A stretch of DNA of 18,167 bases. Origin: Escherichia coli. GTDB lineage: Bacteria > Pseudomonadota > Gammaproteobacteria > Enterobacterales > Enterobacteriaceae. How positions within the stretch are numbered: the stretch's first letter is position 1; each line of letters starts with the position of its first letter. Under the pieces are notes generated by a model. That model saw only the letters and a list, made by a program, of their open reading frames with translations. It did not search any database and was not told the origin of the DNA. A program made the position numbers and the translations under genes. Of the stretch, positions 9,301-17,708 are shown piece by piece. Location: the NCBI RefSeq assembly GCF_003334315.1, contig NZ_QOWR01000072.1; one strand, 5' to 3'.

Positions 9301-10043
9301 TTGGGTGTAAATAGCTGGGTGGCGGCAGGGATGTCTTCACTCTTGACCACCTTACCCATTACCTGATCTTTCTTTTCAGAGATGTAGAATTGGTAAAGCC
9401 AACCAATCACTTCTACCTGTTGCCAGTCCTCTTCAGGGATGCCGTCTACCAATCCACGCAGAATTGAGTCGGTACGCGTTAGGTTGTCTGGTAGAAGAAG
9501 CTCAGTTTCATCGTCCAATGCGTCAAATAAGAAAGGCATCGCCTCATGAAGCTTATGGCACTGGCCTAACAGCAGTTCACGATACAGCTCTTCGTCTTTG
9601 TTGCCCGCAAGCTTGAGTTCAACAATGCGAGCTCTATCTAATCCGAGTTCATCCGCAGCGTCTTGGGCATGGTCGATAATTTCAAAGCCTTTAGGGTTGT
9701 CTGGGTGCGACAAAACACGAAAACCGTGGCCTAGATAGTCATGGATTTCCATATAGCGAATAGCACACAGACGGTTGAACCAGGTATAAGCTACTTGTTC
9801 AATAAGTTGTGCATACCCAAGTTTCTGGCTTCTGGCTACTATGCGTTTTCTGGGCTCGGCCAGTTTACCGTCAAAACTGTTACCGGCGATTTGAAGCACA
9901 GAACCTTGTAGATTCGCTTCTGCAATTTGTAGCTCGCCCTTTTTATTCGCGGTGATACCAAAGGTATTTAATCGTTTAGCTACCGCATCCATAAATTCGC
10001 GGCGCGCTTTTGGTGCGTATTTTTTCATGTTGTTCGTATTCAT
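6390..10043 (-). CDS. pglX: PglX, BREX N6-adenine DNA methyltransferase
   Basis: 1217 aa. AdoMet-binding motif I LDPACGSG at 9096-9119 and catalytic motif IV NPPY at 8505-8516, both verified by reverse-complement translation. Size and position match BREX PglX. Confidence 0.9.
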   Translation of the reverse strand: MNTNNMKKYAPKARREFMDAVAKRLNTFGITANKKGELQIAEANLQGSVLQIAGNSFDGKLAEPRKRIVARSQKLGYAQLIEQVAYTWFNRLCAIRYMEIHDYLGHGFRVLSHPDNPKGFEIIDHAQDAADELGLDRARIVELKLAGNKDEELYRELLLGQCHKLHEAMPFLFDALDDETELLLPDNLTRTDSILRGLVDGIPEEDWQQVEVIGWLYQFYISEKKDQVMGKVVKSEDIPAATQLFTPNWIVKYLVQNSVGRQWLQTYPDSAIKTQMEYYIEPAEQSDEVNQQLKAITPESIEPETIKVLDPACGSGHILIEAYNVLKAIYEERGFRSRDIPKMILENNLYGLDIDDRAAQLSGFALMMMARDDDKRIFTRNVRLNVLSLQESNHLDLPTLWKALNLSGSWQSGTSQGLFSDDDQDLSSFNADNRYQLLKRTLARFTQAKTFGSLIDVPSDDHEQLKEILSTLVELQESGDSMQKPAAKQLIEFVHQALVLSIRYDAVIANPPYMGSKYQTAEVKMFLKDNFKGYEKDLFSAYIVRNLQLAKEHGQLGFMTPFVWMFISSYEQLRSTLIDDEIISTLIQLEYSGFDGATVPICTFTLTKGHIPEYIGSYIRLSDFKGAANQAPKTLQAIKNPECGWFYKAKSDDFKKIPGSPIAYWASSLQFSMFDSHPLLTSIANVAEGTTTGDVNRFLKMWHEIDVNGLGIGFDSRERAKDSGKKWFPYNKGGEYRKWFGNNDYVVNWAEDGKELRQYQGSFLRGEKFYFKAGLTWSKVSSGILSFRLFDEGFLFDTGGLCAFSDNIEYIAAILNSKVSLDIMSILAPTLNFTVGTVSSLPIVEGIPRLTENANRLKRLSKSDWDSYETSWDFTKHPLLSHTSLLIKDSYSRLLLENSQSLKEYREIEEYNNKVIAEAYGITSDALTIADHEITLFSSFGYRYGPDRAVNGEFLYRSDVVAELISYSIGAMLGRYSIDSKGVVYAHTANEGFEQLVAEGAYKTFPADEDGIIPLTDQEWFKDDATNRFREFVQVVWGDDHLQENLDFVAESLCLNAIKPKKSESALETIRRYLSTQFYKDHLKTYKKRPIYWLFSSGKQKAFECLVYLHRYNEGTLSRMRTEYVTPLLGKYDAYAEQLEKQIETADSTSEANRFKKELDALIKKQVELREFDDKLKHYADMRISLDLDDGVKVNYGKFGDLLADVKAITGSAPEVN

Positions 10044-10058
10044 ATGATCTTGCGCCTC

Positions 10059-11822
10059 TTATTCTGTCTCTACGCTGCTTGCGGGTTGTAATGCAGTTCT
10101 AATGCGGGCAAGCAGTGTTTCCTGACGCTCGCGGTAAAAGTCCATAAACTGGTTTAGTTGTTCAGGTAATGATGTTATGGCTTGCGATTGCAGATGTGCT
10201 TGTCTTGCATTCACATCAGGCCACTGCTGCGCATACCATTCATGGGGCATTTTTTGCCGCTTCTGGTTGTTGATTGTCCCTTCCAACAGTTGAAGGTTTG
10301 GCAGCTTATTAGATGCCTCGATGAGTTCATCTAGCTGTTCAGCTGGGACACCAACTTTTGCAAGCTTGTTACGCGTAAACAAACCTTTGGGGTAAATGTG
10401 GTCCACATGAAAGTGTCGTGAAAAATCGAATCCTGGGAACAACAAAGTCAACAAGGCAAAGGTACGCGGATTACCATAATCCAACTGCGCTAGTTCACTA
10501 ATTTCCTCTGGGTCAAAGCGCAACGATTTACCACGCTGTTGCATGGTCGCTTCAATTTTCGCTAGCGGGAAACCCGTATCACCCGATTGTTTAATGTCTG
10601 AGCGAAGCATAGTAAGCAGGGTATCCAAACCACTTCCCCAGATGCCTGACGCTTTCAACAACGACCTAATGAGCCAGTTTCTGATGCATTCTCTATCGAC
10701 CGCATATTCAACCCTAGAAAGGTAGCTTGCCGTTAACTTTCGGTGGTGCAGGTAATAGGCTAACGGGAGGATGGCACTTGTTGCTCTGAGGTTTTGTGCA
10801 TTAAAACCAAAACTTGCCAGCAACTGCATTGAGAGCAATAACGCATCACGAATTGGCGTCCAGTTCTTTTCGAGAATCGCCATGTTTTCCTTGTTAAAGT
10901 TCTCAACCTTAAAGCCCACGCTACCGATGTCAGAGAGCATTAAGCCTGCTTTTAAAACGAGATCTTTTGATACGTTGAATCCATCACCAACACGGTTCAT
11001 CTCATCCACTAATGCATAAATTTCTTCACGGGCATCTAACGAGCTCCACTGCGCTACTGCTATTGAAAGTAGTAAGTCTGAGTAGGACAAAGTAGTGCCG
11101 CCGCTATTCATGCGGATAAAGATATTCAGAACACGTTCAAGGCTCTGATCACTTTCTTCGTAAAACGAAATCTTGTCTTTGTCATGGATGGTCCGATACA
11201 AGTGACGAAGAGTTGAGCGAGCCTCTTTGCGTTGCTCCGAGCTCAACCTAGCATCATCAGCAACTTCATCGATAAGTGCATCTTCTTCCTCTTCCATGAT
11301 CCGGCCTACACGGAACCAGTATTGTTCAGATGCATCCAAAGAGGCTTTATCGTCGGTTAGGAACTCAAAGTCATACATCGACCCAGTTTCCAAGTCGGGC
11401 TGGCTTAACAGATTCAAGTGAAGCCTGCGCACTGGGAAGGCGTCATCATTGCTCCACCATTTACCTGTCAGCTTCCACGCAAATGAGCCGCGTAGGCCGA
11501 TGTTCAAAGCGGTAATCCGCTGCTGTCCATCTAGGACGGCAATGAACTCACGCTCTGGTAACTGAGTGACATTTTCACAATGGTAGTTATCTCGCTCATG
11601 GTAATGCTGCATGAACTGATAAAACTGATAGCTATGCCGGTTCTCTGGTTTTATCTTCCAGAATAGAAAGGTCCCAAACGGGTAACCTTGCAACAGGCTA
11701 TCAAATAGACGACAGATCTGTTCTGGTCGCCATACAAACTCTCGCTGGATGGCCGGTAACAGGTATTCCTGCTCAGCAACCTTGTCGAGTAATGATCTTA
11801 TTGTTCCACCCGCTTGATACAT
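10059..11822 (-). CDS. GmrSD-family (DUF262 + DUF1524) putative modification-dependent type IV restriction endonuclease, BrxU/SspE-like, embedded in the BREX operon
   Basis: 587 aa. N-terminal DUF262/ParB-like motifs LLPAIQREFVW and DGQQR (11517-11531); C-terminal His-Me-finger/HNH-like DUF1524 motif HVDHI (10395-10409), followed by NLQLLEGTINNQK. Sits 16 bp after brxC and 15 bp before pglX, each with a purine-rich SD. Confidence 0.85.
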   Translation of the reverse strand: MYQAGGTIRSLLDKVAEQEYLLPAIQREFVWRPEQICRLFDSLLQGYPFGTFLFWKIKPENRHSYQFYQFMQHYHERDNYHCENVTQLPEREFIAVLDGQQRITALNIGLRGSFAWKLTGKWWSNDDAFPVRRLHLNLLSQPDLETGSMYDFEFLTDDKASLDASEQYWFRVGRIMEEEEDALIDEVADDARLSSEQRKEARSTLRHLYRTIHDKDKISFYEESDQSLERVLNIFIRMNSGGTTLSYSDLLLSIAVAQWSSLDAREEIYALVDEMNRVGDGFNVSKDLVLKAGLMLSDIGSVGFKVENFNKENMAILEKNWTPIRDALLLSMQLLASFGFNAQNLRATSAILPLAYYLHHRKLTASYLSRVEYAVDRECIRNWLIRSLLKASGIWGSGLDTLLTMLRSDIKQSGDTGFPLAKIEATMQQRGKSLRFDPEEISELAQLDYGNPRTFALLTLLFPGFDFSRHFHVDHIYPKGLFTRNKLAKVGVPAEQLDELIEASNKLPNLQLLEGTINNQKRQKMPHEWYAQQWPDVNARQAHLQSQAITSLPEQLNQFMDFYRERQETLLARIRTALQPASSVETE

Positions 11823-11838
11823 AGCTATCCGTTGCCTC

Positions 11839-14800
11839 TTACTTAATTCTTACTCGGTCGCCAGCTTTGACCGCAGCAATCAGCTGCTCTCTTAAAGCGG
11901 CAAGATAGGCATCAACTTCGGCTTCACTTTCAATGAATCCGGTTGTTACTGACTTAGCCATGGCATCGGTTGAGTTAATCGTTACGGTACGTTTTGCAAC
12001 CGGCTGTGGCTGCACTGGTTCAGAGGCTGGCTCAGGTGCTAGAGCTGCTTTACCGGCTTTCGCTGCTTCCTCTTCGCGTGTCTGCTGTTCGAGTTCACGA
12101 CGTCTTCGCTCAGCTTCAGCTTTTTTGCGTTGATCTTCGATAAAGCCATTCAGCAACTCATAGGCTTCGTCCTCGTAACCTTCCGCTTCAGTTTGCTCAC
12201 TGATAATTTGTGGTATTGAAGAGGTCGCTTCAATACGCTGTCTGCACATTTGTAACGGGCGCAGTGCTTGGTTCTGTAATTCAGACGGTGCATAAGCTTC
12301 AGCTAGCGCTTCTTTTACACGTCCGATGCGCAGATCAACACGCTCTAAGGCATGAGTGCGTTTTTCTTCAACCAATGTTGAGTTAACTTTTGCCACCTGC
12401 TCGATAAGCGGATTAATGTGGCGCAGCTGCTCATACGGCGAGGGCATATTGTAAATGCGTTCTAATTCAGTGAGCGCTTTTAATGCTTCACTGTCTTTTT
12501 CTAACGCAGGTCTATTGGCCTTAAATTTCTCGTTCAATGCGCCAGCAAGGGCTTGCCAAGTTTGAAATTGGCTATTGTAGAAGTCATCAAGATCCTCAAA
12601 ATCCTCAGCAAACTCTTCAAGGGCATCAGCGTCTTCTAAGAATCGGGTGATAAGGGCGAAGCTTGAAGTTTGCTCAAGAATACCCGCGACCAATGCAAGA
12701 CCCTCGTCAATTTGAGATTTACCTGGGAAATGGCCTGTCTGTGACTTGGTTCTGAATGATTTAAGCTTTTCATTCCAAGCCAGTAATTCATCGCGCACTA
12801 ATTCGTAGAGCTCCTTTTCACCAGAGCCGGTAAAGGTTTTTGAAAAGATCTCTTTAACAAGACCAGCAGCCTTTTTGATTTGGCGCTCGTCATGTTGCCT
12901 GATTTTATGTACACGGATCTCGCCGCGTTTACGCACGCTGGTAAACGGCTCGTAAGCTTTTTTCAACGCCAGATCTGTGCCTTGGGTACTAAAAGATAAC
13001 TTTCCAGCCAAGCCCAGCCTTGCAGTGAGCAATAAGATTTCATTGTCTGGCCAGCCATACGGGCGCTTGCCGAAGTGGGCAACGATGTCACGTAAGTAAA
13101 CAGGCTCATTACGCTCGACTTTTAGCGTTACGTACTGCTCAACCTCACGCGTAGCTTCTGGGTTACATTCATCCGCTTGAAGATCCAGTCCAATCTGAGC
13201 AATATCATCAGCAACAAGAACGGCCTGTAGCTCACGCAAAACTTCACCAGGCGTTGCCTTGAGCATGTTCAATTTAGCGAAGGTATTTTCGATAACGTAT
13301 TTGTATGCTTCTTCGACGATGGCACTTGGCGTTGCTGATTTATTCGGCAGTTTTGTGCCGATCGCGTAAACGTCAGCCTCGGCAAACAAAGCTTCAAAAT
13401 CCGTTCTTAAGCGTTTTTCACGCTCCATATTTTCCATCTGCTTTTCGCGGAGAAGGTGTTCTTGCTCTGGTCGCTGTCCTGAATTTTGTTTTAAGAATCG
13501 GTCAGTTTTTATAAAGGTTGTCAGCTCATCCCAAAGACGCTTATGTTCGCCCAGCTTGACGAGCACGCACCCATCAGCCTCAAGCGTATGATTGAGGCAC
13601 GCTTGATCGTGGGAGTAATTTTCAAAGTGCGAATCCAAAGGTGAAATGACTTTAATGACTAGGTCTTCCAGCGTGGTGCCATCTTTTGGATGACCATTGC
13701 AAAAACGGCTCACCGCAAAGTCTTGCTTATTAATCGGGTATCGATAGGCACGATTACCTTTCAAAATACCGTCAAATACGATGGCTGAAAGCTTGTTCGA
13801 GACCTCTGACATTTCAACGTCAGTGTGACGGATCTCGTTTTCGATCTCTTTTTCTTCGTTGGTCAGGAAGATAAACTCATCACCATTACGCGCAATCAGC
13901 AATTGGCGTTCAAGACGATTCAAGCTCTCTTCAATTTGTTTACGCAGCGCAATTTTATCTGCATCGATTCGATCAATTGACAGCGTCACAAGGTTGTCTA
14001 GTGTGCTTTTGACAACGTCCACATAACGGATCAAGAAAAGCGTTTTTAGGATCTTGCCATCAAAATCCGTTAAGGAATCCAACTCACAGGCTTGGTCAAT
14101 CGTTCGCTTAACCGCTGGCTCCAAAAAGCTTTCAATCGGTGCGTAGAAACTGTAAAACGGGATTAACACATCAAGGCCAGAGTCCTTCATCTGTTTTGCA
14201 GCTGATTGGAAAGCATCAAGTAATGAACGCTCCCCCATGGCTAAGTGCTTACCCGTCGCGCCTTTTGTTCGAATTGACTCAAACACTTTTTGAACCAGCG
14301 TGTAATGGTAAGGCACAAACGGATAGTTGTCCACGAAAGACGGAGCGTCGGTGTAGCCCTTTAGAGACGCGGTTGTCGTTTTATCAAATGTCAGCTGGTT
14401 ACGAAGAATGTCGCCCTTTTCAGCAAAGACATCGATGAGGTATGTACGAGCTTCTTCCGTTTTGGACAACAATCGCTTTTGAATAACTTCCGAGGTATTC
14501 GAGCTCGACAGCTGTAAGCGGGTACTAAAACGCCCTTGAATTTTAGAGAAGTCCTCGCCATCGCGCTTATCCATACCACCAATGGCAGCATCAATGTCTG
14601 CCTGAGAGGTAACAACGACCCAAGCTCTGCCACCACAATATGTGCCAAGATCTTCAGTAATGGTCTGAAGCTTCAACATCATTTGTGTGTTCTTACCGAT
14701 AAACTGACCGACTTCATCGACTAAGAAAAGAAGGTTACGATCCCCAGTGCGATCTAAGTATTCATTAACCCACTTACAGAAGTTTCGGATATCTAGCGGG

Positions 14801-15516
14801 AAATTGTTTTCAACCTGCTCAACCCACGCTTTGGCAGACTCTAATGATTGCTCACTGGCATGAGCGAGTGCTTCTGAAAGTTCGTCTCGATAGAAGTCAT
14901 AGGCGTCACGCTCCTTTTCCCAAGTTGATTGAGTCAACTCAGCAAATTTGTCCTTGAAAGATGCGTATTGATTACGTTTATCAAGCTCGCGTTCTAAGTG
15001 CGCAATATGAGGAAAGTCAGCGCAGTATCCTACACGCTCATTAAAGACTTTGAGGAAAACCTTAAGAATGGCATTTTCTCGGTCGTCCGTATTGGCTCGC
15101 GAATCGATGTTAAAAAGAATAACATCAGTGTCTTTGGTAACCGCTTTTTGGATGTCCGCCAACAGCATGGCGTCGTTGATTTTGTCTTTGAAAAACTCAA
15201 ACGCTTGTCGGCCTTGGCCATCTTTTTCAACAGATTTATTCTCAAGCAAATAAGATAAAATTTTCAGGAAGTGCGATTTACCCGAGCCAAAGAAGCCAGA
15301 AATCCACACACCAATTTTACCTGACATATCACCGTGGCTTTGCGTCACAGATGGGACGTAAGCCTCAAAAAATGCACGAAAGTGTCTATCTAACTCTCGG
15401 GTAACAACATACTCATCAAGCTCGACATACACACTGTCATTGTCTTTTTGTTCCGCTTTAACAACGCCATTAATGTCACGCGTCAACTTCTTGGAAAAAA
15501 TCTGTTCAATTTTCAT
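11839..15516 (-). CDS. brxC: BrxC (PglY-like) large P-loop ATPase of BREX
   Basis: 1225 aa. Walker A GFFGSGKS at 15274-15297 (verified); Walker B-like LLFLVDEVGQ. Size and position are typical of BrxC. Confidence 0.9.
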   Translation of the reverse strand: MKIEQIFSKKLTRDINGVVKAEQKDNDSVYVELDEYVVTRELDRHFRAFFEAYVPSVTQSHGDMSGKIGVWISGFFGSGKSHFLKILSYLLENKSVEKDGQGRQAFEFFKDKINDAMLLADIQKAVTKDTDVILFNIDSRANTDDRENAILKVFLKVFNERVGYCADFPHIAHLERELDKRNQYASFKDKFAELTQSTWEKERDAYDFYRDELSEALAHASEQSLESAKAWVEQVENNFPLDIRNFCKWVNEYLDRTGDRNLLFLVDEVGQFIGKNTQMMLKLQTITEDLGTYCGGRAWVVVTSQADIDAAIGGMDKRDGEDFSKIQGRFSTRLQLSSSNTSEVIQKRLLSKTEEARTYLIDVFAEKGDILRNQLTFDKTTTASLKGYTDAPSFVDNYPFVPYHYTLVQKVFESIRTKGATGKHLAMGERSLLDAFQSAAKQMKDSGLDVLIPFYSFYAPIESFLEPAVKRTIDQACELDSLTDFDGKILKTLFLIRYVDVVKSTLDNLVTLSIDRIDADKIALRKQIEESLNRLERQLLIARNGDEFIFLTNEEKEIENEIRHTDVEMSEVSNKLSAIVFDGILKGNRAYRYPINKQDFAVSRFCNGHPKDGTTLEDLVIKVISPLDSHFENYSHDQACLNHTLEADGCVLVKLGEHKRLWDELTTFIKTDRFLKQNSGQRPEQEHLLREKQMENMEREKRLRTDFEALFAEADVYAIGTKLPNKSATPSAIVEEAYKYVIENTFAKLNMLKATPGEVLRELQAVLVADDIAQIGLDLQADECNPEATREVEQYVTLKVERNEPVYLRDIVAHFGKRPYGWPDNEILLLTARLGLAGKLSFSTQGTDLALKKAYEPFTSVRKRGEIRVHKIRQHDERQIKKAAGLVKEIFSKTFTGSGEKELYELVRDELLAWNEKLKSFRTKSQTGHFPGKSQIDEGLALVAGILEQTSSFALITRFLEDADALEEFAEDFEDLDDFYNSQFQTWQALAGALNEKFKANRPALEKDSEALKALTELERIYNMPSPYEQLRHINPLIEQVAKVNSTLVEEKRTHALERVDLRIGRVKEALAEAYAPSELQNQALRPLQMCRQRIEATSSIPQIISEQTEAEGYEDEAYELLNGFIEDQRKKAEAERRRRELEQQTREEEAAKAGKAALAPEPASEPVQPQPVAKRTVTINSTDAMAKSVTTGFIESEAEVDAYLAALREQLIAAVKAGDRVRIK

Positions 15517-15534
15517 TCGGGAGGCTCCCTGCTC

Positions 15535-16128
15535 TTAAATTTTTTTACCGTCTTCAGGCACAAGTTTGAAGGCGCGATAGTAGTTTTTAGATTCGATCAT
15601 GCCAAAAGGATGCAAATCCCTTCCGCTATATTCACCCGGATAGAAAAGCACTAATGGCGTGCTACCCATCACGTCTTGCAGAGCACTAAGTAACTCATGT
15701 CCTCGGACAAGAGGCCACGCACTGCCTAAGCCTGACAGCAACACAAACTCAAGTTCTGATGGCTTATATTTGTCCGCGATATACCTTGCCACTTTCTCTT
15801 GGCTCAGAGGCCCGGCTAGTGTTTTTCGAAGACCATCAACACCGACTTGCAATTCACGCTGGCAAGCTCGGTCGAAAAGGCCTCGCTCCTCAAGCATATC
15901 TATCAAGACTTCAAAAATATTGAGATGGACAAAGCGGTAACCACGCTTGTTGAGTTTTTCGTCAACGTGCTTAAGGTGCTCTCGTACAAGCAGTTCATAC
16001 TTGGCTGGATAGTCAAATACCCAAAATCCAATTTCATTGCCCAAGCCATCGTTTTTCAAAAACTTAGGGCTTTCAATTCGTTCCTGTATAAGATCAAGCC
16101 TGGTCTGGAGAGCCTTCATATTGTGCAC
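15535..16128 (-). CDS. brxB: BrxB (DUF1788-type) BREX protein
   Basis: 197 aa, second small protein of the operon. The start overlaps the brxA 3' end by 13 bp. Assignment rests on size and conserved gene order, not on a remembered motif. Confidence 0.8.
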   Translation of the reverse strand: MHNMKALQTRLDLIQERIESPKFLKNDGLGNEIGFWVFDYPAKYELLVREHLKHVDEKLNKRGYRFVHLNIFEVLIDMLEERGLFDRACQRELQVGVDGLRKTLAGPLSQEKVARYIADKYKPSELEFVLLSGLGSAWPLVRGHELLSALQDVMGSTPLVLFYPGEYSGRDLHPFGMIESKNYYRAFKLVPEDGKKI

Positions 16129-16715
16129 TCCATGACCTCAATCAAATCTTCCCGGCCCAGACGAACTAACCAGTCTTTAACTTCTGGCATTAGGTAAACA
16201 GGTTGTATTTTCTTTGTCCTGCTATCACTCAGGTAGCCACTATCAACCAATGCCTTAATTGCGTTGTTACCCATTTTTTTGACAGTTGAGTCAGAAAAAC
16301 CGCCAAGTTCGGCATATGCCCGCACTCTCGAGTCATAAAACTCAGACCATGCATCAGCGGTTAAAGCGGGTTTATAGGTGCGACGAGCCTCGGCTAAGGT
16401 ATGTCGCATAAAATCAGCGACAACCGGAGAATGAATGAGTAATGACATCATCAGCATTTGGACATAGGCACGTTCACTCGCGGCTAAAAGATCAGTCATA
16501 AACTCATCACCCAGGCCTTCAATACGCCAACGGATTGTTCTGGCATAACGAATAGCCGTCTGACCGGATTTTTTCTGAAGAACATTTTGCTCAACGATCA
16601 GCGACTTCCACTCATCTTCTGGAAGTTTTTTCAGTAGCGATTCTGCGATTATTCTAGATTCAGTTATCAATAAACTGCTTCCGATAAGATCGCCTAAATA
16701 TTCTTTTATATTCAT
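16116..16715 (-). CDS. brxA: BrxA (DUF1819-type) BREX protein
   Basis: 199 aa, first core gene, 9 bp downstream of the regulator gene. Assignment rests on size and gene order. Confidence 0.8.
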   Translation of the reverse strand: MNIKEYLGDLIGSSLLITESRIIAESLLKKLPEDEWKSLIVEQNVLQKKSGQTAIRYARTIRWRIEGLGDEFMTDLLAASERAYVQMLMMSLLIHSPVVADFMRHTLAEARRTYKPALTADAWSEFYDSRVRAYAELGGFSDSTVKKMGNNAIKALVDSGYLSDSRTKKIQPVYLMPEVKDWLVRLGREDLIEVMECTI

Positions 16716-16724
16716 AAATTCATC

Positions 16725-17651
16725 TCACGATTCGCTATATCCAGGAGCGAGTGCAGCATTGTCAACGCCGTATAGTGCTTCTGGATTTTTAAGTGCTAAA
16801 TGGAACTCTCGCCCATTGCTCTTGCTATTCTTTGAACAATCGATATTCCATAAACGCAGTAAATATCCAGCGAACGCAGCTCTTATCTCTACACGCAACC
16901 TATTGTTTTCCATTGCGTAGTCTATCAATACAGCTTCTGGATGTGCTAGTTTTGGATGAGGTATCAGCTCTAGTTCAACGATTCGGTTCCATTGCTTATC
17001 CCACTGAAGAGTCTCAACTTCGTCGTTAACCTCATCTTCTAACAACTCAACTTCACTTATTCTGGTTAACACAAAATCCCTAAATTCTCTATGCTTTCTA
17101 TCGAATGCTCGGACATGCCATCTCAAGCCATTGTCAATCAAGGTATGAGGAACTATTTGCCTGCTCCCATGACCACTCGACAATGAGGTGTACTCAATAT
17201 TAATCACCGCGCGTTTATGTATGGCTTCACTAATCGCCGCTACCACTTCCAATTTCGGCTTATTGAGATGAAATGGTGCTTCACAAGCCATAGGTGGCCT
17301 AACCTTGCCAAGAAAGCCATCACCGAACCCTTGGCTTATCGTCGCAAGCGTTCGAACAATGTCATAATCAAACAACGGCTGGAATGTGCTCGTCTTCAAG
17401 TGCACTCTGCGCTTTTCGTCATACATAACGTTGTTAGGAGCCAACGCTTTGTACCGCGCAAAATCTTGTGTTGCCACAGACGGCGCTACGCTAAAGCGCT
17501 CGGTTAAATAACTCCGCCCAGCTTCACCTTTAAATAACAAAGTGAAATCAATATGAGCGAGTCGTTCTCTCTGTGCTTGGCTAAGCTCTTCAAGTCCAGT
17601 GTTGTCTTGCACTGTCAACCTCTCAATCCATTTGGGACAAGCCCTAATCAT
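16725..17651 (-). CDS. brxR: WYL-domain transcriptional regulator (BrxR/CapW-like) with N-terminal winged HTH
   Basis: 308 aa. N-terminal HTH-like segment (RSYLTERFSVAPSVATQDFARYK) and a central WYL-like signature (RQIVPHTLIDNGLRWHVRAFDRKHREFRDFVLTRI; WHV in place of WYL). Immediately upstream of brxA on the same strand, as BrxR is in described BREX loci. Confidence 0.72.
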   Translation of the reverse strand: MIRACPKWIERLTVQDNTGLEELSQAQRERLAHIDFTLLFKGEAGRSYLTERFSVAPSVATQDFARYKALAPNNVMYDEKRRVHLKTSTFQPLFDYDIVRTLATISQGFGDGFLGKVRPPMACEAPFHLNKPKLEVVAAISEAIHKRAVINIEYTSLSSGHGSRQIVPHTLIDNGLRWHVRAFDRKHREFRDFVLTRISEVELLEDEVNDEVETLQWDKQWNRIVELELIPHPKLAHPEAVLIDYAMENNRLRVEIRAAFAGYLLRLWNIDCSKNSKSNGREFHLALKNPEALYGVDNAALAPGYSES

Positions 17652-17691
17652 CTAAAACTAGGAAGCCATCGATTGAATTCCATCAAGCAAT

Positions 17692-17708
17692 CTACTGTTT
17701 TTCAGTAG
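17692..17708. promoter_or_regulatory. Perfect inverted repeat CTACTG-N5-CAGTAG upstream of brxR; candidate operator
   Basis: CTACTGTTTTTCAGTAG on the plus strand, centred about 49 bp upstream of the brxR start codon. No T-tract follows on either strand, so it is not a typical intrinsic terminator. Confidence 0.35.

Noticed and set aside
15517-15534. Short inverted repeat GGGAG-G-CTCCC between brxB and brxC
   Set aside because: A 5-bp stem with a 1-nt loop cannot form a stable hairpin; the GGGAG is most simply the brxC Shine-Dalgarno sequence.
4322-15940. Numerous 60-116-aa plus-strand ORFs antisense to the BREX genes (e.g. 4322-4555, 5688-6023, 7459-7737, 14139-14438, 15659-15940)
   Set aside because: All are fully contained within long, well-supported minus-strand genes and lack SD sequences; they are antisense shadow ORFs.
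17692-17708. The palindrome interpreted as an intrinsic terminator
   Set aside because: The stem is only 6 bp and neither strand has a following U-rich tract; the operator interpretation fits better.
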